Source: Candidatus Cloacimonadales bacterium (GTDB taxonomy: Bacteria; Cloacimonadota; Cloacimonadia; Cloacimonadales; JAFGVF01). Taken from it: a DNA stretch of 64,000 nt. Position 1 is the first letter of the stretch; each line of letters starts with the position of its first letter. The position numbers were made by a program, and so were the translations under genes. This document shows, piece by piece, positions 34,790 through 44,115 of the stretch. The DNA lies in contig OY762964.1 in NCBI GenBank assembly GCA_963667035.1, forward strand, positions 1,216,001-1,280,000. Reading direction: 5' to 3'. The notes under the pieces are model-generated. The model saw only the letters and a program-made list of their open reading frames with translations, did no database searches and had not been told where the DNA came from.

Positions 34790-35431
34790 ATGCTTACAAT
34801 TAATGAAATCTTCCTTAGTATTCAAGGAGAGTCGCTTGCTACAGGACTCCCATGTATCTTTGTTCGTTTAACCGGATGCAATCTTAGGTGTTCATATTGT
34901 GATACCACATACTCCTTCAATGAAGGGTCAGATATGAGCATTAAAGACATTATTTCAGTAATTAAGAGCTACAGTCCTGTTAAACTGGTTGAACTAACAG
35001 GGGGAGAGCCACTGTTACAGAAAGAGATAGTACAACTGGTAGAAGACTTGATTGCTGAAGATTACAGGATTCTAATAGAAACTAATGGAACTATCCCGGT
35101 TAAAGATATACCGGATGTTTGTACTCTCGTTATGGATGTTAAGACACCTTCAGCAAAAGTATCAAGTCCTTTCTTAGTTGAGAATCTTAAATACTTTAAC
35201 AAAGATACAGACCAATTAAAATTCGTTATAAGTGACAGTAATGATTACAATTGGTCAAAGCTATTTATCAAAGAGAATGGATTGGAATCTTATAATCTAC
35301 TGTTTTCACCAAACATAGATAAATTGAAACCTTCTACACTAGCCGAATGGATTATTAAAGATAGATTACAAGTGAGATTCCAACTACAAATTCATAAATT
35401 TGTCTGGAATCCCGAGCAAAGAGGAGTTTAA
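34790..35431 (+). CDS. queE: QueE-like radical SAM protein (7-carboxy-7-deazaguanine synthase family)
   Basis: EIFLSIQGE, FVRLTGCNLRCSYCDT, LTGGEPLLQ, IETNG, QLQIHK. Confidence 0.85.
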   Translation: MLTINEIFLSIQGESLATGLPCIFVRLTGCNLRCSYCDTTYSFNEGSDMSIKDIISVIKSYSPVKLVELTGGEPLLQKEIVQLVEDLIAEDYRILIETNGTIPVKDIPDVCTLVMDVKTPSAKVSSPFLVENLKYFNKDTDQLKFVISDSNDYNWSKLFIKENGLESYNLLFSPNIDKLKPSTLAEWIIKDRLQVRFQLQIHKFVWNPEQRGV

Positions 35432-35432
35432 T

Positions 35433-35729
35433 ATGTTTGCATCAACAATGCGTTACAAATTTAAAGAGGGTAAAGGAAGAGAAGGTTCTAAGATTTGGAA
35501 TGATATTGTGTTTCATACAGGAATGGAGCAGGAAGGTGTCATATCTCTGCAGATTCTATTGAATGAAGATGAAGCTTTGGCTATTGGTATCTGGGATGGG
35601 GAAGAGTATGCCCAGAGATTCATGAAAACCGGTATCTTTATAGATCTTATGAACAAACTTGAATCTATTCTTCTGAAGAAACCTCAGGCTGAACGTTGGG
35701 AAGCTGAAGCTTTCGGAACTGTCAGATAA
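35433..35729 (+). CDS. Small ABM-like (dimeric alpha-beta barrel) protein
   Basis: GAGGAG RBS, ATG 35433; ~98 aa, Q.G...L...L...A.AI..W...E.A..F pattern. Confidence 0.55.
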   Translation: MFASTMRYKFKEGKGREGSKIWNDIVFHTGMEQEGVISLQILLNEDEALAIGIWDGEEYAQRFMKTGIFIDLMNKLESILLKKPQAERWEAEAFGTVR

Positions 35730-35788
35730 TGATATCATAACAAAGAGCTACATTTACAGCTCTTTTTTCTTTTAGTACAATATCTACT

Positions 35789-35886
35789 AACGCACTGTGT
35801 TTGCACTGTGCACCCACTATGAAGGCACTGCCAATGCACTGTTTCACCGAGTTCACAGTGCGTTCACAGTGGAAAAACAGTGGGTT
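35789..35886. repeat. Palindromic array of 11-bp units (5 direct + 3 inverted), CACTG core
   Basis: CACTG/CACTA at 35793, 35804, 35815, 35826, 35837; CAGTG at 35856, 35867, 35878. Confidence 0.85.
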
Positions 35887-35977
35887 GATTACGTTTTGCC
35901 TGATATAGTAATCAACGTGCAAACTTAGCTTGTATTGCTGAATTTAGAAGATGTATTCTAAAGGAATGGTGAAAGTT

Positions 35978-37699
35978 ATGAAAAACAGATCTTACTTCTG
36001 GCGATATGTTGCCTCGACTAAGAGCTACTGGAATTATATGTTCGTTGCATTGTTGATGATGGTGATTATAATAGCAATTCAAACAATGCTTCCACGCTTT
36101 TTCCAGAGAATGCTGGATGTTTACATCCCTAATAATGATTTTCCCGGTCTCATTAGACAAACAATTATATTGGCTATTCTCTACCTTAGTTAGAATGGGG
36201 GCCTTTATACTGAGAAATAACCGCATGTTGAATTTCGGGTATCATTATATCTATGACTTAAGAGATAAACTCATGCATCATTTTCATCTTCTTTCGTTCA
36301 GGTTTTATGACCGTAATAAAACAGGGGATATCATGAATAACATGCTCGATGATGTTATGAATACGGAGATGATGACAACCAACTCCTTGATATATCTTTT
36401 GGAAGACCTAATAATGATTGTGGTAGTATCTATCATTCTCATACATATGAACTGGATGCTTGCACTCTCAGCTCTTCTTATTCTACCTCTATACACTATT
36501 ATTCATAAGCATTTTAGAGGGAGAATCGGCGAAATGAACCGTGATATAAGAGAGAACTACGCACACTCTCCAGTGAATTTCATGACTCAATCGCTGGAAT
36601 TCGTGTAGTGAGAGCTTTCAATCTTGAGGATGTACGTAAAAAACAATTCAATAAATATATAAGTGAAGACCGTCGTCTTAGAATTAAGACTTACACTTTC
36701 AATGCACTATTCTCTTCCATCACAGAATACTTAACTGTCCTTGGAATCCTTTTAGTTCTTGGTTTAGGAGGATATTTTGCCATAATAAAAGGAACTATGA
36801 CAGGAGGAGCTGTCGTTGCCTTTTATACTTTTCTAGGCTTCCTCTACAACCCGATAGTCAGATTGAGTAGTACAACTTCGATAATAGAATCAGGTTTAAG
36901 TTCAATTACAAGAATCTATAAGGTATTGGACACAGTTCCTACACCCCCTGAGAAAGAAAACCCTTTAGTTCCGGTAGATAGAGCTAAGGGTGAAATCAAT
37001 TTCAAAGATGTTACCTTCTTTTATGATGGAGCGGAAAAACCGGCGGTTCAGAACATAAATCTTACAATCAAAGCCGGGAGTACCCTTGCACTTGTAGGAA
37101 CGAGTGGGGGAGGTAAAAGTACAATAATAAGCTTGATTACCCGTTTCTATGATCCAACATCGGGAGAATTGTTTTTAGACGAAATTGACCTCAAAGAATA
37201 CGAATTACAATGGCTCAGAATGAATATCTCACTTGTTCTGCAAGAAGGTTTCCTATTCTGGGGTACGATAAGGGAAAACATCAGATATGGACGTTTAAGT
37301 GCAACAGATGCTGAGGTTGAGAAAGCTGCAGAATTGGCTTTTGCTAAAGAATTTATAGATGAACTTCCCAATGGATTTGATACTCCGTTAGGGGAGAGAG
37401 GAATTAGTCTTTCCGGTGGACAAAAACAGAGAATTGCAATTGCAAGAGCTATCCTTAAAAATGCTCCTATACTTATCCTTGATGAAGCAACTTCAGCTCT
37501 TGATAACGAATCAGAAGTTAAAATTCAAAAAGCAATGGAGCAATTGTCAACCGACAGAACAACCATTGTGATTGCTCATCGTTTATCAACAATTAGAAAA
37601 GCTGATAAGATTATAGTGATGAAAGATGGTCAAATAATTGAATGTGGAAGTCACAATGAACTAATAGAAAAAGCCGGTGAGTATTATAGATTGCATTAA
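35978..37699 (+). pseudogene. MsbA-like ABC exporter (TMD+NBD) broken by two frameshifts
   Basis: Three consecutive ORF pieces join into one exporter; +1 near 36184, -1 near 36565; Walker A GTSGGGKST, LSGGQKQR, ILDEATSALD intact. Confidence 0.8.
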
Positions 37700-37829
37700 T
37701 GCCCATGAATTAGGAGTGTGAAAAGCTTTAATACCTTCGGAATGGTCCTTTGACCTTGCGAATGGTGGAATAGCTTGCGTCCCATGTGAGTTTACGAACA
37801 AGACGCCAAGCGATAGTTGGCAAGTTTTC

Positions 37830-37865
37830 GCATGGAGTCGTACTCCCGTTGGTCGTATGGACTCG
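37830..37865. repeat. Short hairpin repeat, copy 1
   Basis: GCATGGAGTCGTACTCCCGTTGGTCGTATGGACTCG. Confidence 0.75.
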
Positions 37866-37988
37866 AGCTTCTGATTTACATCCATCATGTAATTAAAGGT
37901 TCTTGAAGTTGGAATAGTAATATTTCTTCTAACAGGTTGTGTAGTAAAAACAGAGAGCACATAGGATTCATAAGATCTTGGTATCGTC

Positions 37989-38180
37989 TTATGATAGCTT
38001 TGATTTTCTGATTGGATCGATGACTTGAAAACTTACACAACTCGTTATGGTAAAGATGTAATTGATAACGGATTTTTTCCAGTTGTAAGCAACTATGATG
38101 ATTTGACAAATTATTACAATAGCAGCTAATCTTAAAACCGCATTCACTAAAGCTGATATATTTATGGTCGGCTTTTTCAT
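37989..38180 (-). CDS. Small hypothetical membrane protein (possibly a fragment)
   Basis: 63-aa ORF MKKP... with one hydrophobic segment; no motif. Confidence 0.35.
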   Translation of the reverse strand: MKKPTINISALVNAVLRLAAIVIICQIIIVAYNWKKSVINYIFTITSCVSFQVIDPIRKSKLS

Positions 38181-38527
38181 AAACTAATATCGGGAAATTG
38201 ATTATTTAGTGCAAATCTGAATGAAAGAGCAAAATCAACTTATTTTTGCGTTCTAAATACAAAGTTATATCGGAAAGTATGATTGAAAGCAAAAAAGCTC
38301 TGGAATCGGCTTGAAAATCAAAGGTACATGGGAGAGAGGAAAGAGAATTAGTCTTCTCCCATTTACCTATATGGTGTTTATAAATAATATATGTTATGTA
38401 AACTTGAGAGAGTTTTGCTATGGTGAGTGTTGCCAGATATTTAGGTATGGCTATTGCTGATATTATATCCATGTAAATAATTGGTATAATCTACAAGAAT
38501 CAATTTACGAGTATTATTTGTGATGTT

Positions 38528-38585
38528 GCATGGAGTCGAACTCCCCACCGGTCGTTTGGACTCGTGTCCCTGTATCAAGCCTGAA
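38528..38585. repeat. Short hairpin repeat, copy 2
   Basis: GCATGGAGTCGAACTCCCCACCGGTCGTTTGGACTCG...AGCCTGAA. Confidence 0.7.
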
Positions 38586-38643
38586 TCTATTGGAGCTTGT
38601 GATTTCGCTTCCAAAAGAAAGACGGCTATTTTTAGTTATTTAA

Positions 38644-38700
38644 GCATATAGTAATACTCCCGTTTGTTCTATGGACTCTTGCTTTTGAATCTAGCCTGAA
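38644..38700. repeat. Short hairpin repeat, copy 3 (degenerate)
   Basis: GCATATAGTAATACTCCCGTTTGTTCTATGGACTC...AGCCTGAA. Confidence 0.65.
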
Positions 38701-38922
38701 GAATGCGAAGTAAAAACTCAGTTCTCCCCTATAAATCTAAAAATCAAGACTCTGAAATTTGCGTTTTTTGGTACTAAGCAATGATATATGTCTAGTTGAT
38801 GCGATAAAACGCAAATTTGAAGACATCGTTCACAGATGTTTTTGAACTAACTTAAATTTATCTTGCATAAATACCCTATTTCAATACAATGAATATAATT
38901 GATTATTCAGGAGATAAGATAT

Positions 38923-39804
38923 ATGAAAAGCATGACCGGCTTCGGTAAAAGCTCTTATACAAGCGATCAGTTCGACATTGAATTGCAGATTAGATCTGTT
39001 AATAATAGGTTTTTAGACCTTAAACTATATTTTCCCAATGAGTTAACATACGTTGACTTACAAATCAGAAAGATTATTCAGAGTAAAATTTCTCGTGGTA
39101 CAGTTGAAGTTAGGATAAACTATAAAGATAAAAGAATTCCACATGCTGAAGTTGATTATAATAAACTGGACATGTACTACAAACTCGGTTCTGACATAGC
39201 AAAGCATCTTAAGCAAGAGTACAAACCGGATATTAATGAATTACTTCAAAAGAATGATCTCATATTACTAGAAAACAATTCTTTAGATAATACTGAGTTT
39301 ACAGAGAAATTGTTGATGATTACTGAGGAAACGTTGAATAAACATCAAGAAATGGCATTAGATGAAGGAAAATCGATGAGAGTATTTTTCCTTGAATCAG
39401 TAGGGAAGATGCTAAAAGCAATTGATGAAGTAGAAGAGTACTTTCAGGAACATAAAAGTGAAATACATGATAAGCTTAAGTCTAGGGTTTTAGAGCTTCT
39501 AAATGATCATTTGACTGAAGAGAATGAGAAGAGAATTCTTTTGGAAACTGCAATTTATGTAGATAAGTCAGATATAAATGAAGAAATTACACGTCTTAGA
39601 AATCACATTCACAAACTGAAAGACACTATCGAAAAAGCTGACATCTCTCCTATCGGTAAAACGATGAACTTTATACTACAAGAAATGCATCGCGAAGCCA
39701 ATACTCTTGGTTCTAAATTTAGCACTACGAATTCTTTTGATAATGTATTAATCATTAAAGAGGAAGTTGATAAGTGTAAGGAGATGGTTTTAAATGTCGA
39801 ATAA
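38923..39804 (+). CDS. yicC: YicC/YloC family endoribonuclease
   Basis: MKSMTGFG, RSVNNRFLD, DI.EEI.RL..H, GK.MNFILQEMHREANTLGSK. Confidence 0.95.
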   Translation: MKSMTGFGKSSYTSDQFDIELQIRSVNNRFLDLKLYFPNELTYVDLQIRKIIQSKISRGTVEVRINYKDKRIPHAEVDYNKLDMYYKLGSDIAKHLKQEYKPDINELLQKNDLILLENNSLDNTEFTEKLLMITEETLNKHQEMALDEGKSMRVFFLESVGKMLKAIDEVEEYFQEHKSEIHDKLKSRVLELLNDHLTEENEKRILLETAIYVDKSDINEEITRLRNHIHKLKDTIEKADISPIGKTMNFILQEMHREANTLGSKFSTTNSFDNVLIIKEEVDKCKEMVLNVE

Positions 39805-40231
39805 AGAGATAGTCAGTTGGATATCCTGGCCATTTGTTGATCGTCCTAAAACATCTGTCATATTATCTATATTTCTGATAGGAATGGCTGTGTTGTTGTG
39901 GAATGTAGCAGTTGTTAATTGGGATATGCCTTTTTACTATATGCTCGGAATGCTCATATTATTACTGAGTCTTATCACCTACTTTATTCCTACTTACTAC
40001 ACGTTTTACGATACACATATTCAAGTAAAATATCTCTTAATAAACAACCGTCGCGAATATCAGGATTTCAAATGTTATTACATGGATAAAAGAGGAATCA
40101 TGCTTAGTACTTTCAGACACCCAAATCGACTTGATCCTTTTAGAGGTTTGAATTTGAGGTTCTCTAAAACAGGTGAAGAAAAAGAAACACTATTACAACT
40201 CCTTGAAACAAGGATAGGAAACAAACATTAA
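39794..40231 (+). CDS. Hypothetical membrane protein (2 TM + small soluble domain)
   Basis: Coupled ORF between yicC and rnr; two hydrophobic helices. Confidence 0.75.
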   Translation: MSNKEIVSWISWPFVDRPKTSVILSIFLIGMAVLLWNVAVVNWDMPFYYMLGMLILLLSLITYFIPTYYTFYDTHIQVKYLLINNRREYQDFKCYYMDKRGIMLSTFRHPNRLDPFRGLNLRFSKTGEEKETLLQLLETRIGNKH

Positions 40232-40233
40232 TT

Positions 40234-42531
40234 ATGTACGAACAAAGAAGTCTGGCTAAATCCATTTTAGATTTATTTTATAAGAATCCCGGAGTATCTT
40301 TATCGGAAGATGAGATAGCTCAAGCATTAGATATAGGTAAGCACCAACGTAAAGTTTTAAAATCAAATCTCTTCTCTTTAGTTAGAAAAGAAAGATTGAT
40401 TCAGGAAGGTAATTTATATTCACAAAAGGTTACTTCAAGAATAAAGAAAGCTCCCATTGTTTTAGAAGGTATTTTTGATGCCTCTTCCCTAGTTAAAAGC
40501 AATTCATACGCTTTTGTAAATACTAAGCAAGGAGATTACTATATCCCTGCAGATGATATTTCCAATGCTTTCCATGGAGATACAGTATTGATTGAAGAGC
40601 GTAAACGTGCAGGTAGAAAACTATTTGGTAGAGTCATTGAAGTAAAAAAGAGAAGATTTGATTCTTTAACAGGAGATATTGTAAATATTGGAGATAAAAG
40701 CTACTTTGTCCCTGACTCAGCAAAGATACACACTTATTTTGAAGTCGAAGGTGATAACATTATTCATGGACATAAAGTTCTTATAAAAGTCAAATCATGG
40801 GGTAGCAGAAAGTATAGTAGATTACCTTTAGGCGAAATCAAAGAAGATTTGGGAATCAGTGGTAATCCGGAAACAGATTTCTTGGCTGTTGTGAAGCAGT
40901 ATGGTCTCACCCTCTCCTTCCCGGCTCCCGTACTGAAAGAGATACATAACTTTAATCCACCTCTTCCCTACGCCGAGGATCGAAGAAAGGATTTTACTAA
41001 TATACTTACATTCACTATTGATCCTGTTACTGCAAAAGATTATGATGATGCAATCTCAATAATAAAGGATGATGATGGTTTTGAGTTATATGTACATATA
41101 GCAGACGTTGCTGAATATGTTACACCGGACACTGCCATTTTTAAAGAGGCTTCAAAACGAGGCAATAGCTTCTACTTTCCTAAGCAAGTTATACCTATGC
41201 TTCCGGAAATACTGTCTAATAAAACATGTAGTTTAAGACCTGAAGAACAAAAAAATGTTGTTTCTTGTTATTTTAAGCTTGATAATGAAGGAAATATTAT
41301 TAATCAGTTTATTACTGAAGCGGTTATAGAATCTAATTACAGATTTAACTATGCAGAAGTCGATGCTTTCCTTGAAAAAGAAGAACCAACATTCGGTATA
41401 GAATTGGATAATGCTTTGTTATATTTTAAAGAGTTATCATTAATACTACAAGCAAAGCGTGAAAAACAAGGTTATCTTAGACTTGATCTTCCAGAAGTAG
41501 AATTCAACTTCGATGATGATGGTAACATTACCAGTATATATGAAGACAGAGAAACTATCTCACATCAAATGATTGAGAATGCAATGCTACTAGCTAATGA
41601 GCTTGTTGCTAAAAGATTAAAGAAAAATACTAAATCATCAATCTATCGTGTACATGACATGCCTGATGAAGAAAGAATAGAGAAGTTAAAAACCGTTTTT
41701 AAAGCTTACAATATCAAAATGAAACCTAACTCTAAGTTAAGTATTTCCTTGCAAGATGCTCTTAATCAAGTTGAAGGTTTAGGAATGCACGATGTATTTG
41801 ATATGATGGTGCTCAGAAGTATGAAGAGAGCAATGTATATAACGGAATGTAAACCGCATTTCGGATTGGCAATATCAACTTATACGCACTTTACTTCACC
41901 TATCAGAAGATTCTCAGATTTAATTGTTCATACTCAACTTAAACAGATTTTAAATTCTGACAAGTCTGAGAAGTTCTCCCCTGCTCAGTTATCCTTCTAT
42001 GCAAAGATATGTACTGATCAGGAGAATCTTGCCGATGAAACCGAAAGAGAGATTACTAATAGATTGGTTCGCTCTTATATGAAAAAATATATAGGACATA
42101 CACTCAAAGGAAAAGTTATTGAGTTAAATAAGAATAAGATAATTGTGAAACTGTTTGATGAACCTGTGAAGGCTGTGATTGAAGAGCAAAATCTTAAAGC
42201 AGGACCTTTTGAGTTTGATCCAGGGTATTATTGCTTAAGACAAAAGCGTGGTTCCAAAATGATCAAACTTGGTGACACAATCGAAGCAATTATCGATAGA
42301 ATTACTGATGATATCTACCTTACTCAAAGACATACTAGTCAGGATAATGCTCAAACGGATTTCAATCCAAATGATCCACGTAATCCGTATGAACCACCAA
42401 AACCTGTAATCCGCGAGAGAAGAAGTCATAAAGGTAATAGGGATAGGAGCTCACATTCGGGTGCACATTCTAGTTCACGACCTAGTTTCCGCTCAAAAGA
42501 TCAAAGGAAAGGCAGACATCATAAATACTAA
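40234..42531 (+). CDS. rnr: Ribonuclease R (RNB family)
   Basis: FTIDP.TAKDYDDA, VHIADV, IENAMLLAN, YTHFTSPIRRFSDL, basic C-terminal tail. Confidence 0.93.
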   Translation: MYEQRSLAKSILDLFYKNPGVSLSEDEIAQALDIGKHQRKVLKSNLFSLVRKERLIQEGNLYSQKVTSRIKKAPIVLEGIFDASSLVKSNSYAFVNTKQGDYYIPADDISNAFHGDTVLIEERKRAGRKLFGRVIEVKKRRFDSLTGDIVNIGDKSYFVPDSAKIHTYFEVEGDNIIHGHKVLIKVKSWGSRKYSRLPLGEIKEDLGISGNPETDFLAVVKQYGLTLSFPAPVLKEIHNFNPPLPYAEDRRKDFTNILTFTIDPVTAKDYDDAISIIKDDDGFELYVHIADVAEYVTPDTAIFKEASKRGNSFYFPKQVIPMLPEILSNKTCSLRPEEQKNVVSCYFKLDNEGNIINQFITEAVIESNYRFNYAEVDAFLEKEEPTFGIELDNALLYFKELSLILQAKREKQGYLRLDLPEVEFNFDDDGNITSIYEDRETISHQMIENAMLLANELVAKRLKKNTKSSIYRVHDMPDEERIEKLKTVFKAYNIKMKPNSKLSISLQDALNQVEGLGMHDVFDMMVLRSMKRAMYITECKPHFGLAISTYTHFTSPIRRFSDLIVHTQLKQILNSDKSEKFSPAQLSFYAKICTDQENLADETEREITNRLVRSYMKKYIGHTLKGKVIELNKNKIIVKLFDEPVKAVIEEQNLKAGPFEFDPGYYCLRQKRGSKMIKLGDTIEAIIDRITDDIYLTQRHTSQDNAQTDFNPNDPRNPYEPPKPVIRERRSHKGNRDRSSHSGAHSSSRPSFRSKDQRKGRHHKY

Positions 42532-42584
42532 AAAAATATGTATTATTGAGATTTTATAAATAGAAAACAATCAGTGAGGTAATC

Positions 42585-44045
42585 ATGGCTGAAATTATAT
42601 TATCAGGAGAATCAAAAACCAAAGATATATTAGATATCTTTGAATCCATAAATCAGATTCCAAGAAAATCAAAGCATGAAGATGCTATTAGTGAATGGCT
42701 TTTTAATTGGGCGAAAGGGCATGGGTTTGATGTAGTTAAAGATGAAGTTAACAACATCATTGTTAGTATTCCTGCTACAGAAGGAATGGAAGATAAACCG
42801 GGAGTGATTCTTCAAGGACACATGGATATGGTATGTGTAAAAACTCCCGATTCGAAGCATGATTTCATGAAAGATCCGATTAAGCATATAATAGAAGGTG
42901 ACTGGCTTAGAGCAGATAAAACCACACTTGGGGCCGATAATGGTATTGCTTTGGCAATAGCAATGAAAATAGCAACGGATAAAGAAATTGCTCATCCTGC
43001 TTTAGAACTATTGTTTACAGTTGATGAAGAAACCGGATTAACCGGTGCTACTGAACTCAAGGAAGGCATACTTAAAGGTTCATACCTTATTAATATTGAT
43101 TCAGAAGAAGAGGGTATATTTACAATTGGTTGTGCCGGTGGTGGAGAAACGAGACTTTATCTTGACGCTGATTTTGAAGAAGTACCGGAAGTTATGGTAC
43201 CTTATAAACTCACTGTTGGAGGTCTTGTTGGTGGTCATTCAGGAATAACAATCAATAAGCAAACAGCTAATGCTATTAAACTATTAATTAGAGCGATATT
43301 GTTCCTTGATAAGAATGTATCTGTCCGACTAGTAAGTGTAGAGGGTGGAACAGCTCATAATGCTATACCATCGACAGCAGAAGCAATATTTTACGCACTA
43401 CCAACAAATTCTTCTTTTATTGAAGGGCTGGTGGAATACTTTAAAACTATTGTTGAAAGAGAGTACGGAAGTACTGATCCAGATTTATTCATTAAATCCG
43501 AAAGAATTGAATATAGTAACAGGATGGGATTTACAACAGAAACAATGGCTCCAATGGTTTATCTTATCTCAGCGTTCCCTCATGGAGTTTACAGGATGAG
43601 TCCTGAAGTAGAGGGATTAGTAGAGACTTCCAATAATTTAGCTATATTGAGAACACTCGAAGATCAAGTGGAAATTGTATCAAGTCAGAGAAGCTCAATA
43701 ATGTCTTCATTAGATGATATTACTGAGAAAATTCAAGCACTTGCTTATTTATCTAAAGCCAGAATGGAACAAAGAGCTCCATACGATGCTTGGGAACCTG
43801 TGTGGGAATCAAAACTCCTTGATAAAGCTAAAGCAACTTACAGAAAACTCTATAATAAAGATGCTACTATAGAAGTTATACATGCAGGACTTGAATGTGG
43901 CGTTATTGGTAGTAAGTATCCAAATCTAGAGATGCTATCTATTGGACCTAATTTAAAGGATGTTCATACTCCTGAAGAGAGACTTAGAATTAGCGATGTT
44001 TCAAAGATCTATGACTTGATAGTTAATCTGATACAAGACTTGTAA
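42585..44045 (+). CDS. pepD: Aminoacyl-histidine dipeptidase (M20)
   Basis: LQGHMDMV, TTLGADNG, TVDEETG, NIDSEE, GGHSG, IHAGLECG, HTPEE. Confidence 0.95.
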   Translation: MAEIILSGESKTKDILDIFESINQIPRKSKHEDAISEWLFNWAKGHGFDVVKDEVNNIIVSIPATEGMEDKPGVILQGHMDMVCVKTPDSKHDFMKDPIKHIIEGDWLRADKTTLGADNGIALAIAMKIATDKEIAHPALELLFTVDEETGLTGATELKEGILKGSYLINIDSEEEGIFTIGCAGGGETRLYLDADFEEVPEVMVPYKLTVGGLVGGHSGITINKQTANAIKLLIRAILFLDKNVSVRLVSVEGGTAHNAIPSTAEAIFYALPTNSSFIEGLVEYFKTIVEREYGSTDPDLFIKSERIEYSNRMGFTTETMAPMVYLISAFPHGVYRMSPEVEGLVETSNNLAILRTLEDQVEIVSSQRSSIMSSLDDITEKIQALAYLSKARMEQRAPYDAWEPVWESKLLDKAKATYRKLYNKDATIEVIHAGLECGVIGSKYPNLEMLSIGPNLKDVHTPEERLRISDVSKIYDLIVNLIQDL

Positions 44046-44060
44046 ATAGTTATATTTTAT

Positions 44061-44093
44061 AGGGAGACATGAATCTTCTATGTCTCCCCTTTT
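44061..44093 (+). terminator. pepD intrinsic terminator
   Basis: GGGAGACAT-9nt-ATGTCTCCC + CTTTT. Confidence 0.7.
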
Positions 44094-44115
44094 CTATTTA
44101 TATATAAAGGTAATA

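Noticed and set aside
34790..35431. 7-deazaguanine DNA-modification (dpd) defence island
   Set aside because: Only a QueE-like gene is present, with no dpdA/tgt-like, queC, queD or folE neighbours.
37661..37960. 99-aa minus-strand ORF containing IRPTGVRL
   Set aside because: It reads through the hairpin repeats and overlaps the ABC gene end, so it is probably spurious.
37700..38900. Integron cassette array (attC sites)
   Set aside because: The hairpins lack clear RYYYAAC/GTTRRRY ends, there is no integrase, and the ORFs are fragmentary.
42330..42531. Low-complexity Arg/Ser/His tail on RNase R as a novel domain
   Set aside because: Basic disordered C-terminal tails are typical of RNase R.
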